The position numbers and the translations under genes are program-made. Below are positions 11,932-24,580 of a DNA stretch of 64,000 nt, piece after piece (the first letter of the stretch is position 1; each line of letters starts with the position of its first letter). Below the pieces are notes generated by a model. The model saw only the letters and a list, made by a program, of their open reading frames with translations, was not told the origin of the DNA and did no database searches. Origin of the DNA: Callorhinchus milii (taxonomy: Eukaryota); contig NW_024704743.1 of assembly GCF_018977255.1 (NCBI RefSeq), positions 91,576,001 through 91,640,000 on the forward strand, read 5' to 3'.

Positions 11932-12465
11932 ACAACATTGGTTTGGATGAAGAAGGCCCTTCAGCCTATTTGATCTCATCCCTCTGGAATACCCATCACT
12001 GCATCAAGCGGGCCTCAACCACCTTTCCTGCAACCTGTTCCAGTTGTTGATTACCCTCTGAGTAAAGAAAAATGTCCTGGTATCTGTCCTGAATTTGTCC
12101 TTTGTAATTCTAAACCTACTGTCTTGTTGCATCCTAAGTATTGATCTGGGTTTGCTTTTTCAATTCCATTTAAACGTTTTTATACATCTTATGAGATCCC
12201 CTCTGAGTCATCTTCTCTCAGGACTGAAGAGCCCTAGCTTGTTAACCATAGCTCAATACTATGTCACTGCAGCAGAAATGTGGCCTAGCCACAGCATTAT
12301 ATAGTTTTAGTAAGATATCTGGGTATCTGAACTCAAGTGAATTGACTGTATATATTGCTTTGGCAATATAGCCTAACATCCTATTTGCTTTGTTTAGTAT
12401 TTGGTTTGCATTGTTTTCACATGGGAATGATGAGTCAATAACACTGCTGGATCTCTTTCATCTTA
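11932..12465 (-). mobile_element. CR1-like LINE 3' fragment, decayed
   Basis: Reverse strand resembles the CR1 ORF2 C-terminus (FFTQRVINNWNRL) and 3'UTR. Confidence 0.75.
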
Positions 12466-14944
12466 ATTCTTGATTCCTTGTTTTTTTAATATACTTTTCC
12501 ACTTGAAGGCATTACAAGTTAGATATGTAAGGGGTGATTCTCCGAAGGTCAATAAAGTGATGGACTTTAGCACAGTGTTCGTTATAGCTCCTCAGCAAGA
12601 AATCCCCAATCAAAAAAAGGTGGGGGTTGCTCATTTCCTCAGAGAAATCAATGTACGTATTATTCTTTGGCCTCAGACTAGCTCTGTTGCCTGTTTGTGG
12701 AGCAGGCTTATTAAAGTTATGTTACTGTCTGAAATGCTCAATACAAGGCTTATATATATATTTTTAAATCAACTTTAACAATTCCTCTAGAGATGGAGCA
12801 GACAACAGCATGAACGTGGTCAGTTTCTAAAATGCCGCATATATTTCAATAAAGGTTCCAGCCTGCATGACTCTGCAGCTGTGTAGAATACAACTTTCAA
12901 GGAAATAATCTAGTTTGTCTTATGTACATGCACTCCTCTCTCTGACAGCTTGTGAAGGCAGGTACAAGGATGCATGCAAGTAATTTTAAAGTAAAATAAT
13001 TGCATTCTTGTCACAGTGTTAATGCTGTTACTGGCAGAGTGTGAATAGCCTTTGAGCCCAGCGGTTGTGCAAATAGAAATTTGTTCCAACAATGCATGAA
13101 TCAATAGGATTACCACCTTACTGATAGTACGACTAGGCAGCTGAAATTTGTACGATAGAGACTTGAAGCGGAAATATTGAGAGAAAGGGACTTGAACTTT
13201 CTTTGCACCAGATTTCTTATTTTCTAACCCAAAGAACAAAAAAATGTTGCACTACTGTTACTTAAAACTCAATGCAGCAACAAGGCTGAATTCAGAAACA
13301 TTCTCAACATGAACTGTCACAACAGGTGCGTAGCAATGAACTATAGCGCTTATTACAAGTCCTTCCTTAGCACATAAGAGGGCTATTCCACTAATTTAGT
13401 TTCTTCACTTTCATCACGTATTAATTACTTTTTTTTTACAACCTTCCATCTACTTTGTGTAATTTAACTTTGGCAACTTGGGAGGGAAAGCAACATTAGC
13501 AAGCATTCCACAATAGCAAATAAATTCAAATTCTATTCATCTTGTTGGTTCCACTTTGCTGTATAATCAGCCTTCGCTTGTACATCTGCAGCGATTGTTA
13601 TAATGCGTTCAGTTGTTACCCATCCAAACTAGATGCAAATAAAGCCATCTTTCACTGCTCAAGTCATTCAAAATACACATGTGGTGAGAGAACCTCTTAC
13701 TCTCTGAAAAAGTTGCTCAGCTGTGAAGACGGAAACAAGATTCTCTGTGACAAGATCCAATTTACTCTCATTGTGCCTGCCATCAGCGTTTTGGATTAAT
13801 CTCTCTGCTTAATTGAGTCTCCAGCTTTCTTCACTGGTCTGCATAATATGCAGGCTTTTAAAGTCCCTGGATCAGAACAAATGGTGTTGGACGTGAAACA
13901 TATATTGCTTGTTAACTTCTAGCAGAATTCTGTTTACTTACTTAAAATGTTCATTGCCAGTCAGTCAATCAATAGGATTCAGAGATGGACATACTCCGAC
14001 CATCTGAGTATTGAATTCTAAGAAGAATGTTCAATGAGGAAGACTTGTGGAGCTCATTATCAGATGGAATAAAATATTTACCATTGTGAACTGCAAGCCA
14101 ATATTTTTAGATGTGTCTGAACATCTAATTCTCTTGGTCTCGTGAGGCCGGCACCAACTCTGTTCCATCTCTTGTTGGCATAAGGTGCTGTGTATTAGGT
14201 CTGCCATGTCTAATCTTTCTCATATGGAATAGAGTATTGCAGTCTGTGCATTTATACTGGTGACAAAATAACCATTACGGATGAATACTCCTTTGCCAAC
14301 AGTTTTCACATTATAACCACAGAAAGACTTTTTTTTGCAAAATAATTGGGTTTCATTTAACTTAATTTCTACAAAGGGGACTCTTTAAAAATAAAAATTT
14401 TATGCAATATCACCTGTGGCTTAGCTGCTTCTACCTCACTGCATTTCAGTGGGAGTGACAGTCAAGATAGTGTTCCTATCAGGTCTATCTGTCACTGTCT
14501 TATCAGGCCTGTCTGTCACTGTCCTGTTAATCCAGTTGGAAACATGCAGTGAAGGGTGCTGAGCTCCCACCCCCAACACCTAGCAGGAAGCAGGAGAACT
14601 GCTTGGTCTGCAGTTGGTTCATTTTTTAAAAGAAATCCATAGTTGATCTGGCAGAATCACAACATTTGTAAATTTCTCTCTTCCAGTGTAATTATCGAAG
14701 TACAGCTCTTTCAAATATAAATTTCTTCTTATGGCTGATGAACATATTTTAATAGCATTCGAATCTGAAAAACAATCTTCAAAATCCAAATGGATCTGAA
14801 GGTGGGCCACTTGTGATCACAGAAATTTCTGCACAGTATGCCTGTGTCGTGCTGGGCCCCCACTTGAGTTATTTACTTAATCCCATTTCCCTGCTCTTAT
14901 CTTGTAGCTCTTCATCGGTTAATTCTTCACGTGTCTCTAACAAA

Positions 14945-15221
14945 ATAATAATAATAATAATCCTTGCATTTGATATAGCGATTTTCATGTCTTGTAAATG
15001 TCTCAAAGCGCTTCACAGAATATATCGTAAAATGAATTGACTGTATATTTGTGGGCGAAACTCTCAGCCAATTGCGCACAACAGTGACCTACAAACAGTC
15101 GCGGATTGAAGTGATCAATTTATTATTTTTTTTCTTGAGGGATTATTATCAGACGTGTGGAGTAAGGAAAGTTGCTTAAGGTTTCGCCCTGTGGGAGTTG
15201 AACCCAGGTCTCTCGCTTGTG
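14945..15221 (-). mobile_element. tRNA-SINE, 5' truncated
   Basis: Body and tail match the family; head cut within the anticodon arm. Confidence 0.88.
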
Positions 15222-18014
15222 ATTCCTCTTTAAAGATACCTTTATTCAATGCTCTTAAAAAATAATAATGCTTACCTTTACTATAATGCCTTTCAAGCCA
15301 GAAGGACGTCTCAAAGCATTTCTCTGGATATATGGTAAAGTGTAGTGACCGTGCTTGTCTCCCAATACATCTGCAGATTGAGTTAAGATTCCTGTCCTGA
15401 CTTTCCATTCAACTTCGAGTCTCCTCTCTCCCAATCTATATAATTTCGCCCAGTTGTCCTGCCTGTGTGCTTCACTCTAACAATCCTGTCCAATTGCTCG
15501 CTCTCTGCTCCTTAGGTTCCACCAACAAAGGCTAACATTTCAACCATCATCTTCATCTTTCTCCTTCTCTCCCTGTCTGTAAACCATCTTAAAAACTCTT
15601 GTTATTTATGCCTTTGGGCATCTCCATTTCCTTGCTTAATCTCATGAATTATCCAGAGCTTTTAGATTTTCATTCTTGTATTCACCATTTCTGATATGAT
15701 AGGTTCTACTCAAATCTTTCTAACTTTTTAAACACAGAAAAAAATATGAAACCTTTGTCTGCCCATTCAGCCCAGAAAGAGTTCAGTCTTTTAGCATGCA
15801 CAAGTTTTGTGTATACAAAATGTATTTTTTNGGAATTTTTAAAAGAATAAATATATCCAAACTAAGGAATCAGCAATTAATACTTTTCTGGGCCCCTCAG
15901 TTTCGGTAATTCCTCACTGGGTGTGAGAAAATTATTCACTCAGAGTATCTCTGTGCGAGCATATACCATATTTATACTCCCAGACAATATGCTATGGTTA
16001 TATATGTACATACATCTGTATGGAAATACCACTGTTCTTCAGCTTCTTGGCAAGAGGCTTAATTCTTTCATAGATTAAACCATCCAACAATAGTTCTATG
16101 CCAGGTTAGAGCGAGTCAATTGGATAATTATCAACAAATGCAATAGAGCTGACATATTTTGACTGGGGTCCCTGTTGTTTATACTGTAAAACAATGAACT
16201 TGTGACACACATCTTTGCAAATACATTTACAAAATGTCTTTTTCACAACAATTTTAGCAGTCCAAAAGAAATCTTCATAATTTAGAGTAGTATTCACACA
16301 CTTAAGCACTCTGAGATGCTACCTCGCTTGAAGGGGATGACATAAATGGAAGTTTGTATTGTCAAATTGCTCATTTTCTACAGTGCTTGCATCAACTTAA
16401 TGTAGATCATCAGTGGCTATTTGCATTATGTCAAAGAAAGAGCTGCAGAACAGAAGTACTGACATACAGTAAAGTATCATAAAGCCACTGGTTTTAGTGT
16501 CACCTCTGACAACCAAATAATAGATTAGGTTGCCTCTGGCTGATGAATAATTGAATAATGGTGCACAAATGAATGAGACTTGAGTAAACAGATGTAATCC
16601 TTTCTAAAAAGATTCACCACAAAATTAATATTATAAAATAATTAGCTGGAAAAAATAAATTGCAATTATTATTGATTCACAGACAGAGAGAGCATGGGTT
16701 GACAGACTGGACATAAACAGAACGATGATTACACATTGAGTTCAAATGTTTATTGCTGTATATAAATTTATTCATTACATGAAGGGCGGACGTTATTGTA
16801 TTGCCGTTAATGATTCACACGCAGCCATTATCAGAAAACAATATCCTTCAAAGGTTGTTTAAACATGAAATGCAACTTATTGATAAAGAGTAGTGGATTA
16901 AAACCCACACCACTCAACATAACAGTTCCACATAATTCAGAGTGCACATGTTTTTCACAGACACCTTGGAGTGTCCAGAATTTGACAAATTCTTGAATGC
17001 AGCCTTAATTTTGAGTATGGTTTTTGGTAAATTCTTTTATGAACCACAGAAAAATGACTTCAAAGTTACGACTTAATTCTACAATTTGCAGACACTCTAA
17101 AATGCTAGATAAATAAAGTAAATCTAGGCCCAAGTAAAATATTGACCCCCACATCTTTGCATTGTGAAAAATCAAGGTATATCCAACTTAGATCAAAATA
17201 TTTATTCAACATACAATTGACCCTTGTAGATTTGAGGAAAGGTGATGTCTTTAATGAAACATAACACACACTCTCACTCCTTCACTCGGTGTACAACCCC
17301 ACCAATGTGCAGCACCATCCTGTATGAAGGGCACAATATAAATACAAGTTGTTGTTATATGAAGTTCAGAGAGTTCCTTATTTTTTCTTCTCTGCGATGT
17401 GATGATGGGTTTAGAGGCTTTCTCCTATGGTATAGCACTGTGGTACATCAGCCCTGTAATTCAATAGTGCAAAGCTGACTCTGCCAAGATGTGAATAAAG
17501 GTCAGAGAGTGAACTGGTGATGCCTTGTGCTATAACTGCATTGTCTGCATAGAATCCCATGGGATCGCGAGAGAGCTCTCAGATCAGATTGAAATCTCAT
17601 GAGTTAGGCACTACCAGTTTGGTGAATTCTGCTCTAGCATCCATTGTGTTTGTTCTGGCTTTAGACAGTACCTTTTCAGACACATGGTTTCTAGTTAGGT
17701 AAATGTGGAGGTGCTGACACATAGATCATTCTGATGATGTCTTATCACACATGAATCGGGTGCTTTTGAATGGTTAGGGGCTGATGTGCTGATGTAAATC
17801 ATGCAGTGCTACTGACATACACAGAATGCATGGGGGTGGTGTGTGTGTGGGGGGCGCGGGGGGTTCTTAATATACTGAATGATATCACCTGCCACATTTA
17901 CATGAGAAAAATGCAAAGCAGCTGCAACATTTCAGTAATATAGTGAAGTTAGGATAGGGTAAGACGACATATTCAGTATTTAGAATTCATACTCATATAT
18001 TTTTCCTTTTCCTT

Positions 18015-18240
18015 CAAAAAGAGAAGGTAGTCTCTCCCGGTATCCTGGCCAACAATCCCCCAAATGAAATTGGTCACTCACTTCATGGCTCTTTGTGAGT
18101 TACTGCCATGCATAAATTGGCTATGCATTTGCCTACAAATGCACAGTCACTACAATTCACAGTAAATTCCTGTGAAGCACTTTGAAATGTCTCAACAATA
18201 TAAGGTGCTACATCAAATGCAAGGTTCACTATCATTATTT
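18015..18240 (+). mobile_element. Deu-domain SINE 3' half
   Basis: TCCTGGCCAACAATCCC…AAATTGGCT…TGTGAAGCACTTTGA. Confidence 0.75.
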
Positions 18241-18841
18241 TACTATTAATAGATGAGAACTTATTAAATTGATCACAAAGGGTCTTGAAAAATGATAGCT
18301 TTGTATATAAACCCAATTGAAAAATACCTGCCCCCACACATGTACACACAAGAGCTGCAACTATATTTCATAAGTCTTGAACTCAGCAAGGAGACGGATG
18401 TGTCAACATGTGGCACCAAGTAATGGATGCATCAATTTTGTGGTCACTGTTCACTGTTGAGTAATTGTGATCAGACTTGTTTTTTTTCCTAAAACCTGGC
18501 CAATATAATGAGGGAGAGAAAAAGACAGACCGAAGAAATGAGTGAAAGGGTCACAAGCATTCAGTACAGCATTTAACGGCAAAGGCTTCAATCGTGTTCT
18601 TTTCCAAAGCCAGAAAGGCTAAAGTTTAGAGAACCATGGTTACAAATGACTGCAACACAATTACTCATATTCAATAATCTCTGTCATGGCTGTTTGACTC
18701 ACCTAACCTTATGCTCAGGGCCATTCAGGTACCATAAATCATCTACTGCTTCAAAGGAGCAGCTGAAAATGTTTGATTTTTTTACCAGAGGGATTAACAA
18801 CTGCCATTGCCATTGAGTATTTAACCCATCTGTCTCCAGGA

Positions 18842-19185
18842 TGATAATAATAATCCTTACATTTGAAATTGTACCTTTCATGTTTGGGAGGATGTTTCAA
18901 AGCGTAGTGTGGTGCAGTGTCATGACTTTGTGTTTTTGTGAATGCAGCAGCCAATTTGCACACAGCAATATCCTACAAACAGCCATGAAGTGAATGACTC
19001 ATTTTATTTGTAGGTTTGTTGTCCAGGACACTAGAAGAAACTCCCTTTTCTTTTGAAATAGTGCCATAGGATCTTAAGTATCAAGTTGAACAAGTAGACC
19101 AGAGCTCGATTTAACATCTTAAAGGATGGCATCTCCAATAATGCAACACAACCCCAGTACTACACTGAGAGTCAGCATAGACTAC
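18842..19185 (-). mobile_element. Deu-domain SINE
   Basis: Reverse-complement Deu core and tail. Confidence 0.8.
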
Positions 19186-19209
19186 ATGAAATCCATATGC
19201 TGATGTTGA

Positions 19210-19580
19210 CTGAGGGAACTGAGGGAGCAGTGAGGTGGTTGGGATGGAGAAAGGCGTGGATGCAGTAAAAGGCGAATACAAAGATCATAAAGTTGATCTA
19301 CTGGGGGAATGGAGAGCCAGTAGAGCTGAATTAGGATGGAGGGATGGATTCCCAGAGGCCAGTATGGGAGGTGACACAATTGTAGAATTGTGAAAGGTCT
19401 GACGTTTGTGTAGAGAGCAGCTGGGGAGTCCAGTAAATAAGCCGTTAAGAATAATCAAGTCTGGAAGTGAAGTAAGCATGGATAGCAGTCCGCAGTCTGG
19501 AAAGAGAGTAATTGGTGAAAGTAGATAATGTGTAGGGTCAGTGAAGGCAGAGTGAATGATAACCTGGATGTAGGGTTTGA
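19210..19580 (-). mobile_element. Old L2 ORF2 fragment
   Basis: Reverse strand resembles the SRLDY/LHWLP region. Confidence 0.6.
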
Positions 19581-19702
19581 AGAACAGTTGAGGTTCTGTT
19601 TTTGAAAAGTTTCAAAGCGCTTCACAAGGTTTTATGGTGGACTATAGTGACTGTGTATTTGTAGGTGAACATGGCAACTAATTTTCACACAGATTATACA
19701 AA

Positions 19703-20160
19703 ATACAATACAATACAAAATTACATTTGTAAAGCTCCTTTCACATTGGGAGGCTGTCCCAAGACGCTGAACCGTCAGGGATTAGGGATTAGGACCCAAG
19801 TGGGGAGGGTTGGGATTACGGAGAGGCATTTATGGAGATGGCAGAGAGGTAGGAGGGTAGCCGAGGTACGGTCGAAGAGGAGGGCCTCGTGCCGTGCCTT
19901 GAAGGAGGCAAGGGAGGGAGCGAGGCAAAGGGAATGTGGGATGGAGTTCCAGAGGGTCGGGGCAGAGAGGCTGAAGCATCCGGCTGATGATGGTGAGGTT
20001 GGCCAGGCGGGGTACATGGAGTAGGCCAGAGCCTGCTGAGCGGAGAGAGTGGACAGGTTGATAAGGGGTTAGAAAGTTGAAGAGGTGGGAGGGGCAAGGC
20101 TATGGAGGGCCTTGAAGGTGAGGACGAGAATTCTGAGCTCGATCCTCTGAGGGATGGGGA
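19703..20160 (-). mobile_element. L2 LINE 3' fragment
   Basis: FSLSAPTLWNSIP…LASFKAR…LLFDR peptide and L2 tail. Confidence 0.88.
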
Positions 20161-21989
20161 TATTTTATGGCATTACAAGGGTGTCAGTATCTTGCACAAC
20201 AGAACAACCTCATATCTCCCAACCCTTGAAGTTACAAGTTTTCATACACGTCTCCTGTAAAATGGAACTCTCTTATCTCACTCTACCACTCAAGAGACAA
20301 AAATGTTGGTGATTTTAAAATACAATGATAGTGAGGAGCACAGAGTTACTAGCAAATAAAAAAAAACTGGCTTTCAACAACTTGGTGTTTATCTCAGTAT
20401 CACGCTTTCTATTGAGTAGCCAAAGATTAGTTTCAAGAGCATGCAACAAATTGAGATGCCATCATCCATTCTCGTACTTCGGCTTGACAGGCTAACTGCA
20501 GTGATATCTAAGTCCTTGACAGAGTTGTTTAAGTCAGCAAACCACTGCTGTGTTCCCCAATGAGTGCAAGGAGCTTTTTATTCAAGTGGAATGTAGGACT
20601 AACCCACCACTGTGATAGGATTGGGAGCTCATTGTACAACATTGGAATGTACTGTTTAGTGTAACAGAGACTACTCTGTTATGCACTTTGATTCCATCCT
20701 GTCCACTAGGATTATTATTATCAATTGCAGTTCTTCATTCCAGAATTCTTCTCATACTTCAATGGTTGAGAGACACTAAGTATTCATCTTATTCTTACTT
20801 TACATCTCTGAGATGAAGACACAGGTAAAAATGTTATTGAGCTGTGGATGTTTGCTGCTTTAATACTCTGAACGTTGACTGAAAATGGAAATAAAACTGA
20901 ATTCTGGTTTACCTAAACAACGCAAAGCTAACAATGCAAATAGAATTTCTTGGCATGACAAGTGAGTAGGCAGAGAAAGCAGAAAGGGACAGGAGTGGTG
21001 CAGCATGGAAATGAGGACAGTAATGAATTAACTGAACATAGGCTTCAGTGGAAGATTCTTAGAAACAAATGAGCTCAAGATGATTTGTTAATTAGCTCAA
21101 TGTGCACAAGAATATTCACTTAGTGGTTTCCTCTTCTGAAGCTCTGTCGTTTTCGTAAACAATTATTATTGTTATGTAGGACAATTGATGTCAATCAAAT
21201 TACCCACTAGCGCAAGATAGATACTTATATATGCACACATTTACAGAGCCATTAATGAAAATGCTTTAAATGCTCAAAGACATTTCATCAGACCCATGAG
21301 GGATTAAAGTAATCATGATAAAGTGGTGCCTTTTCTTGATCAGCTTTTCTGCACACATTGAACTTCCGATCTTTCCCCACTATGTTGCATCAGAAAATTA
21401 CTTAAACTGTCGTAGGTTAGCTTAATTTCACAGGAGAGAAACTCTATAACAAATGTGATAAAAATCATTCTGGAGAACTACAAATTTAGTAATTTCCAGG
21501 AGACAAGGGCATGTCATTAGAAGTACTATATTGGAGTCACTAAATCAGGCACACCTCCATTTAGTACCTTGGAATGAGATGACACTCATTAGCAGTGAAC
21601 TGACATGGAGAGATACATTGCCATTTCTTCAGATTTCAAGTCTGAAACATAATTAGTCTCCATACTCGGATGATGGGTTTATTTAGCTCTTCATATCTCC
21701 ATTAGTGGCTGAGCCTTCAGTTCCTAGGACCTAACATCTGGAACTCCCTCCCTCTACCCTTCTGTCTCACCCCCTCTCTTTCTGTCTTCAAGGCCCATCT
21801 CAAAGTCTACCTCTTTGAACACACTGAAGGCCACCTTCCTTTCCTCCTTCCCCCTCTTCATTGCACGATGTCTGGCCAAGAAAAATTCAAGAAAATGTCT
21901 TTGCGTCCATGTTAATAAAGATTGTACACGGCTTTTGGGAGAACCAACTTTATGGGCTAAGTGGGCTTATCTTACCAGAAGCTTTTGCA

Positions 21990-22250
21990 ACACAAGCCTG
22001 AGCTTCCAGCTTCTTGCCACTTCAACTCCATTAACACCTCTTTAACCCATCAACCCCTGTCCTCTACCCCATTTTCTTCTTTGTCTTTCTTGCCCTGCCT
22101 CTGCCCTCTCTGTTAGTCCTTAAAAGCCTCTCCCTCCCGACTGGCCCCATTTCTGATGAAGGGTCGTGGACCCGAAACGTTGACTCACTTTCGTTTCTCC
22201 ATAGATGCTGCCTGACCTGCTGAGTGTTCCCAGCGACTTCTGTTTTTGTT
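21990..22250 (+). mobile_element. Penelope-like element pseudo-LTR remnant
   Basis: Pyrimidine-rich tract, hammerhead core, then TCCATAGATGCTGCCTGACCTGCTGAGT, typical of chondrichthyan PLE repeats as I recall them. Confidence 0.7.
22148..22185 (+). ncRNA. Minimal type I hammerhead ribozyme motif (PLE-associated)
   Basis: CTGATGA (22153-59), A, stem GGGTC-GTG-GACCC, GAAA (22174-77), palindromic AACGTT. Confidence 0.65.
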
Positions 22251-22599
22251 ATCTTGTTCCAACCTTTCTGCTTGAGCCTTCAACCACCTTGCCCGTTCTC
22301 TGGAACTCTCCCTAAATTATTCTGCCTTGCACCCTCTCTCCCTTCTTTCAATATACTTCTAAACTAAAAATTTACCTTTCTGATTGCACCTTTGGTCATC
22401 TCTCTCCAAACTATTCTTCTTGGGATTGTGACCAGGGATTCTTCCCACTCAGCTTCTGTTATCAAATTGGCTGCCGCATTTGCTCACAAAATACACTGTC
22501 ACTCCACTTTACAATACAATATGTCCTTGGGACACTTTCCCTGACTTGAAAGACGCTATACCCAAATGCAAGGATTATTTTTATTATTAATACTGTGCA

Positions 22600-22830
22600 G
22601 AATTAAGCAACCAGGGTGCGTCCCTCTGGGCATACAGTATCCATTCTATTCCAGACACAGGGGAATTCCACAACAACAACTTGCACTTATATAGCGCCCT
22701 CCATGCAGGGTAGCATCTCAGAGTGCTTAAATTCTATGTGTAGATGACATACATCTCAGTCTGGTTTGGATACTCTTAAATATCCAATAGATTTGCACAT
22801 GGGTCAGACATTTGGTTGACCAAAATAAAT
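22600..22830 (+). repeat. Repeat family X 3' part, interrupted by an L2 tail (about 22671-22728, minus strand)
   Basis: TTCCAGACACAGGGGAATTCCA…CTCAGTCTGGTTTGGATAC…GACCAAAA. Confidence 0.65.
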
Positions 22831-23464
22831 CTCCAGCCTGCTTGGGCTCCATCTTAGTCTCCGTAAAGCACTTTGAGATACTTATCTATGTGACAAGTTC
22901 AACATAATCCCAGCATTTGTTATTTATTTTTGTCCCTATCAAGGTCTTACTATATTCCAAAAAGTCAACAGCTAATTGTTAATTGCCCAGCGGTCTTTGC
23001 TCCACAGAGTGAACAAAACAGTGTACAGGAAACAAAGGGGTGATGGCGGGGGGGGTGGGGGTGGGGGGGTGGTGACAATCTCTCCTTGGTTGCTATTCTT
23101 GAAGCTGTGAAGTTATGATAAGATAAATCCATATTACAGCCAGGGAGAGATGAATGTTCAAATCCTTCATTCCAGCACCACGATTGGATCAGTAAGCTCT
23201 TTACGTCTCAGAGAAATTGGTTATTTTATTCATCAATTTGTGATAAACCCCGTTTTGCGCCCATGAATGTGAAGAGCCCATTAAGGATCGAAAAACGCTT
23301 TCAAAATCTGGACTCGGGTTGTAGATTTGAGACAGGAGTCAAAGCTTATTTGTATAGCAATCCTGCGCATGCTCTGAAAATAACATAATTTATTCTTTCT
23401 CTTCATTAAACCTTTGGCAATTTGTGGTGAACGGAGTTTGCCAGAATGAGGGAATCAATGTTGC

Positions 23465-23516
23465 ATAATAATAATAATCCTTGCATTTGATATAGCGCTT
23501 TTCACGTCTTCTCGAC
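23465..23516 (-). mobile_element. Isolated SINE 3' tail abutting an L2 tail
   Basis: GACGTGAAAAGCGCTATATCAAATGCAAGG(ATT)n on the minus strand. Confidence 0.85.
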
Positions 23517-24020
23517 ATACAACAACAACAAGATTCCATTTATAGAGCGCCTTTCACGTCGGGAGGACATCCCAAGGTGCTGTACAGTTGGGTCAGGACC
23601 CGAGCAGGGGGGAAATGGTCAGGGTGAGGGGAGGGAAGGGAGGGAGCGAGGAGGGGGTAGAGAGTCGAGAGGGGAGCTGAACGCACGGTCGAAGAGAAAG
23701 GTCTTGAGACCGGCCTTGAAGGAAGAAAGGGAGGAAGCGGCGAAGGCACTGGGGGATGGAGTTCCAGAGCCTAGGGGCTGAGAAGCTGAAGGCCCGGCCG
23801 CTGATGGTAGGGCGGTTGGGGCGGGGGATGTGGAGCAGACAGAGGAACGGATGTTACAGGCAGGTAAGTAGGGGGATAGTAGGTCGGAGAGGTAGGAGGG
23901 AGGCCGTGAATGGCCTTGTAGGTGAGGATGAGGATCTTGAATTTGATCCTCTGGGGGATGGGAAGCCAGTGGAGGTGAGCGAGGGTGGGAGTGATGTAGT
24001 CGCGAAGCCTGATGCGGGAC
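23517..24020 (-). mobile_element. Young L2 LINE 3' fragment
   Basis: RLRDYITPTLAHLHWLPIPQRIKFKILILTYKAIHG…SSFKAGLKTFLFDRAF plus tail. Confidence 0.93.
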
Positions 24021-24580
24021 ATAATTATTAGTTGGCTTAAAAGTTCTTTTGAAAGAATTATTTGGACCATGATTCCTTATAGAAATTGAGATGACTGCTG
24101 AAACAAAGCCATCAGGGTATGTTTTCCACACTAAAACTATGTCATATATGAAATAGAAAAGTTTCCCCTGTCAATTTCTGAATTGAAATAGCTGAAATCT
24201 GTTATTTTAGTTTTGACGTGAATCACAAATTCATAGTTCTTGAAAGATTACTGCCATCTAATCTATGCCATCTAATGTGCATAAATTACACTTTCAGACT
24301 GTGCAGTAAAAATTGATAGGTCATAGCCTGTAAGAGCAGGTTGTAAGATCACACAGAACTATGGAATATTCTTAAATTCAGTTTCAATTCTGAAGTTGAT
24401 TTCTGCAGTCCTTAAAAAAATTGCTTCCAAATTTATTCAAAAAGAGGAGGCAGTTTCCTTGAATTAAAGAATTTTCCACAATTCTTCATATCTTAAAATT
24501 TAAGACAAAGAAGTTTTATGGACTAAAGTGAAATAGAATTTTGAGCCTGAGATCCACATGTACAGTGTTCTGGATCTATT

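Noticed and set aside
9265..15831. Single N bases near 9265 and 15831
   Set aside because: Assembly ambiguities next to homopolymers, not biological.
17732..17792. Possible C/D box snoRNA (TGATGA…CTGA)
   Set aside because: No convincing terminal stem or C'/D' boxes, and no recognisable rRNA or snRNA guide.
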